From assembly GCA_038153405.1 (NCBI GenBank), contig JAYOYH010000084.1, forward strand, positions 1-14,989: a stretch of DNA of 14,989 bases. The letters run 5' to 3'. Made by a program: the position numbers and the translations under genes. Of this stretch, positions 9,060-14,989 are shown piece after piece; the first letter of the stretch is position 1; each line of letters starts with the position of its first letter. Origin of the DNA: Gemmatimonadota bacterium (GTDB taxonomy: Bacteria > Latescibacterota > UBA2968 > UBA8231). A model generated the notes under the pieces. That model saw only the letters and a list, made by a program, of their open reading frames with translations. It was not told the origin of the DNA and searched no databases.

Positions 9060-12000
9060 GTGTCCTCTATTGGCTTTCCCCTGCGACTCGTAGCATCGCA
9101 CAACCCACGCGCCGGCATCTGGCGCGCACGGCGCGGCACCGGCCAGCAGGTCGGATCGGGCTACTACCGCACGTCCAGCGAGGCAATCGTCCCACCAGCT
9201 ATACAGTTGGATGACGACGCGGCGGCCCCCGCGCGGCTGACGGCGCGCCTGTGCGAGCGGGCCTTACACCTAGTGCTGCGGCGCTTTGCCAATCAGGTCG
9301 ACGCAACCTCCTGGAGCGAAATGGATGGATTGCGCATTCACTTTGTGCGCGACCACGAACGACTCCTCGACATCAGCGACGAGGCAATCTACGTCGCCTG
9401 TGATATCGCCCCCCTGTTCGATATCGAGCTGGATCCCCACAAAGGCGATCTGACCGCCGCTAAGCCCGAACTGCTCAACGGCTTCGAAGTGCTGTTGGCC
9501 CTCGGCCAATACTACCTCTTCAACGTCCGCCGCGGCGCGGCCCCGCGCCGTGCCCTGCGCGATGTGTTAGCGCTGCACGACGCCCTGACGCGCAGCGAGC
9601 GTTTGCGCCTGCACCAGTTGCTCGAGTCGCCGCACTTGGACAGCGGCAACGCCTTTGCCCTCTTCCTAGACCGGGCCAGCCAGCGCAGCGCAGAAGATAT
9701 GAGCCAAGCGGCGTGGCGCGATCTGCACATTACCTGGCTGCTGGGCCAGGACCGCCTCGACCTGCCCTATGACCGCCGCGCCGCGCGCGAGGTCCTATCC
9801 AGCGACATCGACCCCGACGAAAAGCGCCTGCGCCTCTACGAAGTGCTGCGCGCCTACGACCGCGACCTAGAGGGCGACAATATCGTCCGCATCGCCGCCG
9901 AAGTGCGGCACGCACGACAGGAGCTAGTCTTCGGCCGCATGAGCCGCGCCTTTCACAACCAGGGCACGCTCTTTGCCGACGCCGCCTTGCTGCGCCCAAC
10001 TGCTGCAATGGCCGGGCTGGCCGAGGCCCTCGACGAAGCGTCGCGCCAGAGCGAGGCGCTGCAGCCGACAGCCGAGGCGCTGCGCCTGCTGCTCAAGCGC
10101 AGCGACGAAATTGCCCTTACCCAATTAGAGGGAGCCTGCGAGCGCTTCGAAGAGGCCGTGCTCGACGTCCAGCAGCGCGAGACGCTGGCCCTCTTGCAGC
10201 GCGCGCGCGAGCAGATTGAAAACCACGGCGACGAACTGGCGGCCGAAGCGCTACCGAGCTTAGATGATGCACACATCGGCCAACAGACCAGCGCTCGCCT
10301 GCGCCTGGTCGAACAGGTGCGTCGCGCGGCCCTGGCCGCGCCCAAACGCAACGCCGCCTACGTGGTCGTTAGCCAGCGTCCCTCGCCAACCGGCTCGCAC
10401 CTGCTGGTCAAAATCAACGAATTTGAAGAGCCCTACCTCGGCAAGGCCGAGAACCTCAAGAAGCTCATGCGCCTATCGGGCAATCGCGTCTACAGCAGCC
10501 CCGACTACCGCTGGCTAGAACAAGCCGACCACTGGATCGAAGCGATCCCGCTCTTTATCAAAGAGCAAGTATCGGTCGTAGACGGGCACGAGCAGACGCG
10601 CACCGTCGTCGATATCGCCGGTATGGAAGAGTCCTTTCGCGAGGAGATGGCCGACCACTGGGCGCGCAATATACGCCGCGTGCTCGAGGTCGAGTTGATC
10701 GGTATAGCGCGCGAATGGATCGCCGGCCGCGGCGGCACCGAAAGCGAGCTCACCGCCCGCGCACGAGAAGCGGCCGGCGACGGAGAGGTGCTGGCGCTCG
10801 CCGCTCTTATCGCCGCGCTCTACGCGCGCGACTGCGCGGCCGTCCACCAGTTGGTGGAGCGCGAAGACATTGAGCCCTACGCGGCGCTGCGACGCATCTT
10901 CATTGAGGAAGAACACGCCGCACTGACAGCGCTGCGGCCGCTGCACGAGGGCGGCATGTCGTGGTCGGATGCCGTGCACCAGGTGGCCACTTCGCTCAAT
11001 CTGCCGTGCGATACTGCCGCGTGGAAGGAGCGCCACTCCGAGGCATTTGCACCGCGCGCAGCGCTGCCCACGCTGCACGTGCTGACAACGCAGTCGGCCG
11101 GTATGACGGAGGGCTATATCCGCACCTGGTTGGAAGAGTCCATGGCGCTCTATAACGTCGTCAGCCAATTCGACCTGCACGCCCAGGTGGAGGAGCGCCA
11201 GCGCTTCTACTCCGAGCGCATCGCCCAACTCGGTCGCCATATCGTGCGCGAATTGGGCATTTGGGTCGAAGTCGAAGAGCTCGCTTCGCGCGAGCAAATT
11301 TCCGAGGGCGCGGCGCTGCGGCGCGTCATCGGTGGCAACGACCGCGTCCAGCGCGAACTGGCCACCCTCGGCGTGCTCGTTGCCCATCAAGAGCAACGCG
11401 CCGGCGCCCTGCTGGGCGGCGCCCTGAGCGAGCCAACGCTGGTCGAAGAGCACCTGCAGCGGGAGGGCCAAGCGCTGCGCGAGCGCGCACTCGACCACGT
11501 CGTCAGCCGCAACGGCGAGGCGCTGCAGGGTGCGGTCGCCGCCTATGCGGCCGCCCACCCCGAATGCGACCAGCACCAGGCCCTGCGCGCGGTAGTCGAC
11601 GCCGACGCCGACTTTCGCCAAGACCGCGAGACCTATGCGCGCTTTGCCGCGCGCCAGCAGGTCCTAGATGCCCTCGACGCAGGCGAACCGAGCTTGGGCC
11701 TGCGCCAGCGTGCCGACAGCTTTCTGCGCCGCTACGGACGCCTGGCCAAAACCACGGCGCGCAAGGAGATCGTCGCCGAGCACGGTCTGGCCCACCGCAC
11801 CCTGCACCCACTCCACTACTATCAGGCCAGCGGCGCCAACAAGCGCTACCACCTGCTGTACACGCCCAGTCGCGTCGACCTGGGCCACCGCGAGCGCGAG
11901 TCGGTCGAAACCTGGTCGCAGTGGGTCGGCGGCGCCGACCGGGCCGCCGCCCGCGTCGGCCGGCGCGTCTACGGCCTGATCAACAAGTCGGTCCAGAGCT

Positions 12001-14989
12001 ACGATAGCCTGACCCAACCCGAGTTGCTCAAGACGGGCGAAAACGCTTCGATGAGCTCGCACTTCGCCTTTTCTAACGCGCTATCGATGATGACGACAGC
12101 CTCCGGACACGGCGATATAGAGGAGATGGGCGACCAGATGAGCCGGCGCCGCGACCGCCTTATTCACCCGGCCGGCGAGGGCTATGGCGGTTACTGCGTG
12201 CCCAAGGATGGGCTCTTTCTCGAATTCGTTCTCACCCTGACGCGCGGCGAAAAGCTGCGCCAAATCGGCCTGCCCGAAGACCAGCACGAGCACGCCGTCG
12301 AACTGGCCAATGCCGTGTTGGCCCAGCGCGACCAATACGCCACCCACTTCGAGTGGGAGCAGTGGGCCGCCGACTACCTGCAGCAGCACATCGGCGCGAC
12401 CTCTTCCATTTTTCACCTGACGCGCGTAGCCAGCGTGCTCGACGGCCTCGGCCAGCCCGAACTGCGCGATCCCTACAGGGTCATGACCAGCCTGGCGGCG
12501 CATTGGGGCATTCACAAGATGGTGGCCGGCGGCGAGCACGTGAACCGCTTTATGCCCTTTTTCAAAACCTGGCTGCTGCGCCAAGCCGTCGTCGACGCGG
12601 CGCGGCGCCATCCGCACCTGCCCATCGACACGGCGCGCTTTGTCGCTGTGTTGGCCGCCGAATACAAGCCCGACACGCAGGACGGACGCTTTGCCGCCGG
12701 CATGCGCAAATTCGAGATCATGGCCGGCACGGGCCAGCACCTGCTCTACTCGCTCGACAGCGAAGGCCAGGAACTGGCCGCGCTGACGGGCGAGGGCTAT
12801 GCCGCCCTCAAGGCGCGCGGGCGCGGCCAGCGCATCGTCGAGTTGCTCGGCGGTCAGGCCGATGCGCTAAACGAAGAGCGCCTCTGTGCCATTTTTCCCG
12901 CCTATGCACCGCCCGGCCAAATCCGCGTTGTCTCGCCTACCGGCCTGTCCACTCAAGACCTGTTGTCCTATACCAGCGATACGCATTTGGAGGAAATTGC
13001 CACCGATGCCGAGCGACGCCTGCTGGCGGGTGGATTTAGCGAGAGCGAGATCGAGGCCAATATGCAGGTCTACGGGCCCGACGTAGCGCGCTGGGCCCAC
13101 CGCGCACCAATTGACGCCCACACCAAACGCGCCCTGTCCGAGGAGTTGGGCGGCCGCCTGCACGCGCTGCATCTGGCCACCGTCGGCCCCGAATACGACT
13201 ACGAGCGCGCACTGCAGGGAGCCGACGTGCTCGACACCGGCATTCCCCATCGCCAACTGCTCGACCTGCTGGAAAATCCGGCGCACCTGTGCGACATGAT
13301 GCTGGAAGGCAATCCGCACAGTGCGCTGGTCATCGTCGACGGCGCCTCCGGCGCGCGACGGCGCGCAATGAACCGCTTTGACGTCATGCTGTTCTTTGCC
13401 GCCGGCGACAACCGCCAGCGCGAGAGCGTGTACGCCAGCATCGGCCTGGGCGGTCAGACCATTGAGTCATGGCGCGCGGCCATGCGCCGCCGTCGCCGTC
13501 GCGCAGAAGCCCTGGGCAGCGCGCTGATCGAGAACCGACCGACCGATGCGCGCCAGGCCTACGACGAGATTCGCGACGAGATACTGCAGGAACAAGAGGT
13601 TGAACAACAGCTCGACGAGGCGGACAAGCTGCACCGTTTTGGACGCGATCGCGACCGCGACCGCCATATCGCGCGCCTGCTGGCCGGCATCGGCCGCGGA
13701 CTGGCACTGGACGCGCTCGACTTCGATACGTTTCTAGCCTTAGGAGGCCTCTTCCTGCTTGACGGCCAGCCCGAATCGGAGATCCGCACCTATCGCCAGC
13801 ACGTTGAAGCGGCCATCGCCGCCCTGACGGCTAGCGCCCCGCCCGACCCGCAGCGCCCCCTGAGCGCGCTGCTGCATGCCCGCGTTCAGCCGCGCGCCGA
13901 AGAATTCCGCGAGGAAAAGGGCATCGAGAGTTCCAACAAGGCCTCCGAAGAGAGCCCGACCATCGCCATTGAAGCGCGGCGCCAGTTGGCCGAGCGCATC
14001 GCTCTGGCGCGCGCGCTCAACGAGCGCCAGAGCGCCTTTGACGCCGTCGACGCGCAGCACATCGCCTTTGACTCAGCTTACCGCGCGGCCTTCGACGCGC
14101 TCGGCGATGGCGTAACAGCGCCGAGCGAAGCGGCCTTTGGCACCTTCTGCGGCTACGCGCGCAACGCCCTCTTTGCCCTGGCCAGCCACCTCTTTGACGA
14201 GGAGCATCCGGAGGTCGCACAGGGGTTTATCGAACGCATCTCGGCTCTCTTTGCAGGCCGTCAGATCGAGGAGGAACACTGGCGCGCCATCGCCGGCGGC
14301 TACGAGGACATTGGCGATCTGGGCAGGCTGGCCCAGCGCACCGTCGAACTGCGACAGGGTGCGCACATCACCCAGGCCGAGCACGACCGCCGCCTCGATA
14401 TGGTCGCCCGCGCCGGTGCGCTGTTTTACGGCCTGTACGCGATTGAGGCGACCATAGCATTCGTCCATACGCCAGCGGACGAGCGCGATGTAGAGGCGCT
14501 CTGGCGCGGACTGGCCGAGTTCTTTGCCGAGACCATCAACGACCACTTCTATCCCTACCGCCCGTGGATCTTTGACCGCGGCATTGGCTTTGACCACGTC
14601 GAGGGCGAGGCGCTCTACGAGCTGGCCGCGCACCACCACGCCTGGCTCTACCGCTACCTGCGCACCGTCGTCTGCACCTGCAGCGAGGTAGCCGCGCTGT
14701 CCCAGCAGGAGCAAGACCTGCTGCTGGGCAACTGGCTTGATGGACAGGCCATAGAGGCCATCGGCGCTGGTGCAGCGAGTCCAGCCGAGCATCTGTGGCG
14801 CTCCTACGGACAGCTGCGCGAACTGGCTTTTATCCGCAATGACGGCTTTCCCATCCCAGAGATCTTTAGCCAGTTCGACCCCGAACTGATCGACGCCGAG
14901 CACCGCGTCAACCACATTTTTGCCGTGCCCGTAGGCCGCACGCACTACTCGCGTGCTCTGGGCGAAGGGCCGACGCTGTGCCGCCAGCT
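9060..14989 (+). CDS. Giant multidomain protein (at least 1976 aa, 3' end outside the window) built on a greatly expanded UDP-glucose/GDP-mannose dehydrogenase scaffold
   Basis: AGGAGAG RBS (9047-9053) precedes GTG 9060. Manual translation shows no stop codon to the window end, with host-like GC3-rich codons. UGDH-family motifs appear in order: ADHWIEAIP (10524), LTTQSAGMTE (11082), LLYTPSRVDLG (11853), ELLKTGEN...AFSNAL (12021), GEGYGGYCVPKD (12174-12209), AVLAAEYKPDTQDGR (12645), ALQGADVL (13209), VIVDG (13329), YASIGLG (13431). Confidence 0.9.
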   Translation, partial: MSSIGFPLRLVASHNPRAGIWRARRGTGQQVGSGYYRTSSEAIVPPAIQLDDDAAAPARLTARLCERALHLVLRRFANQVDATSWSEMDGLRIHFVRDHERLLDISDEAIYVACDIAPLFDIELDPHKGDLTAAKPELLNGFEVLLALGQYYLFNVRRGAAPRRALRDVLALHDALTRSERLRLHQLLESPHLDSGNAFALFLDRASQRSAEDMSQAAWRDLHITWLLGQDRLDLPYDRRAAREVLSSDIDPDEKRLRLYEVLRAYDRDLEGDNIVRIAAEVRHARQELVFGRMSRAFHNQGTLFADAALLRPTAAMAGLAEALDEASRQSEALQPTAEALRLLLKRSDEIALTQLEGACERFEEAVLDVQQRETLALLQRAREQIENHGDELAAEALPSLDDAHIGQQTSARLRLVEQVRRAALAAPKRNAAYVVVSQRPSPTGSHLLVKINEFEEPYLGKAENLKKLMRLSGNRVYSSPDYRWLEQADHWIEAIPLFIKEQVSVVDGHEQTRTVVDIAGMEESFREEMADHWARNIRRVLEVELIGIAREWIAGRGGTESELTARAREAAGDGEVLALAALIAALYARDCAAVHQLVEREDIEPYAALRRIFIEEEHAALTALRPLHEGGMSWSDAVHQVATSLNLPCDTAAWKERHSEAFAPRAALPTLHVLTTQSAGMTEGYIRTWLEESMALYNVVSQFDLHAQVEERQRFYSERIAQLGRHIVRELGIWVEVEELASREQISEGAALRRVIGGNDRVQRELATLGVLVAHQEQRAGALLGGALSEPTLVEEHLQREGQALRERALDHVVSRNGEALQGAVAAYAAAHPECDQHQALRAVVDADADFRQDRETYARFAARQQVLDALDAGEPSLGLRQRADSFLRRYGRLAKTTARKEIVAEHGLAHRTLHPLHYYQASGANKRYHLLYTPSRVDLGHRERESVETWSQWVGGADRAAARVGRRVYGLINKSVQSYDSLTQPELLKTGENASMSSHFAFSNALSMMTTASGHGDIEEMGDQMSRRRDRLIHPAGEGYGGYCVPKDGLFLEFVLTLTRGEKLRQIGLPEDQHEHAVELANAVLAQRDQYATHFEWEQWAADYLQQHIGATSSIFHLTRVASVLDGLGQPELRDPYRVMTSLAAHWGIHKMVAGGEHVNRFMPFFKTWLLRQAVVDAARRHPHLPIDTARFVAVLAAEYKPDTQDGRFAAGMRKFEIMAGTGQHLLYSLDSEGQELAALTGEGYAALKARGRGQRIVELLGGQADALNEERLCAIFPAYAPPGQIRVVSPTGLSTQDLLSYTSDTHLEEIATDAERRLLAGGFSESEIEANMQVYGPDVARWAHRAPIDAHTKRALSEELGGRLHALHLATVGPEYDYERALQGADVLDTGIPHRQLLDLLENPAHLCDMMLEGNPHSALVIVDGASGARRRAMNRFDVMLFFAAGDNRQRESVYASIGLGGQTIESWRAAMRRRRRRAEALGSALIENRPTDARQAYDEIRDEILQEQEVEQQLDEADKLHRFGRDRDRDRHIARLLAGIGRGLALDALDFDTFLALGGLFLLDGQPESEIRTYRQHVEAAIAALTASAPPDPQRPLSALLHARVQPRAEEFREEKGIESSNKASEESPTIAIEARRQLAERIALARALNERQSAFDAVDAQHIAFDSAYRAAFDALGDGVTAPSEAAFGTFCGYARNALFALASHLFDEEHPEVAQGFIERISALFAGRQIEEEHWRAIAGGYEDIGDLGRLAQRTVELRQGAHITQAEHDRRLDMVARAGALFYGLYAIEATIAFVHTPADERDVEALWRGLAEFFAETINDHFYPYRPWIFDRGIGFDHVEGEALYELAAHHHAWLYRYLRTVVCTCSEVAALSQQEQDLLLGNWLDGQAIEAIGAGAASPAEHLWRSYGQLRELAFIRNDGFPIPEIFSQFDPELIDAEHRVNHIFAVPVGRTHYSRALGEGPTLCRQ

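Noticed and set aside
9987..11846. Possibility that the large insertions in the dehydrogenase are inteins
   Set aside because: I found no intein-like boundaries (C/S start, HN-C/S/T end) and no LAGLIDADG blocks. The insertions look all-helical, unlike the beta-rich Hint fold.
13644..13664. CGCGAY hexamer tandem (RDRDRDR) and the nearby poly-Arg run
   Set aside because: This is a short in-frame low-complexity coding repeat, with no evidence of a phase-variable or CRISPR-like array.
9270..14945. Many track ORFs in the right 6 kb (e.g. 10515..11621 -, 11261..12007 +, 12081..12740 -, 12353..13039 +, 14073..14945 -)
   Set aside because: All are antisense or off-frame shadows of the giant plus-strand ORF starting at 9060, which has the RBS, the codon bias and the family motifs.

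Overview
GC-rich bacterial window with no mobile element, CRISPR array or RNA gene that I can see. The left part (minus strand) holds the 5' end of a secreted-protein gene behind a CRP/FNR-like class II promoter, then an SDR oxidoreductase and a cytoplasmic right-handed beta-helix protein in an operon. The plus strand carries a DUF1684 protein, a membrane protein, and a sigma54-promoter-driven operon (small helical protein, FleS/FlrB-like PAS histidine kinase, FleR/FlrC/NtrC-family sigma54 activator). A strong hairpin and a pseudo-receiver/HDOD protein follow. The main discovery is missing from the supplied ORF track because it runs off the window end: one uninterrupted plus-strand ORF from GTG 9060 to beyond 14989 (at least 1976 aa). 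By manual translation it contains the motifs of a UDP-glucose/GDP-mannose dehydrogenase in the correct order. These are spread over about 1180 aa by about six large helical insertions. The catalytic Cys/Lys/Asn/Asp/Thr are kept, but the GxGxxG NAD-binding loop and the thioester-hydrolysing Glu are lost. Unknown N- and C-terminal regions are fused to this scaffold.
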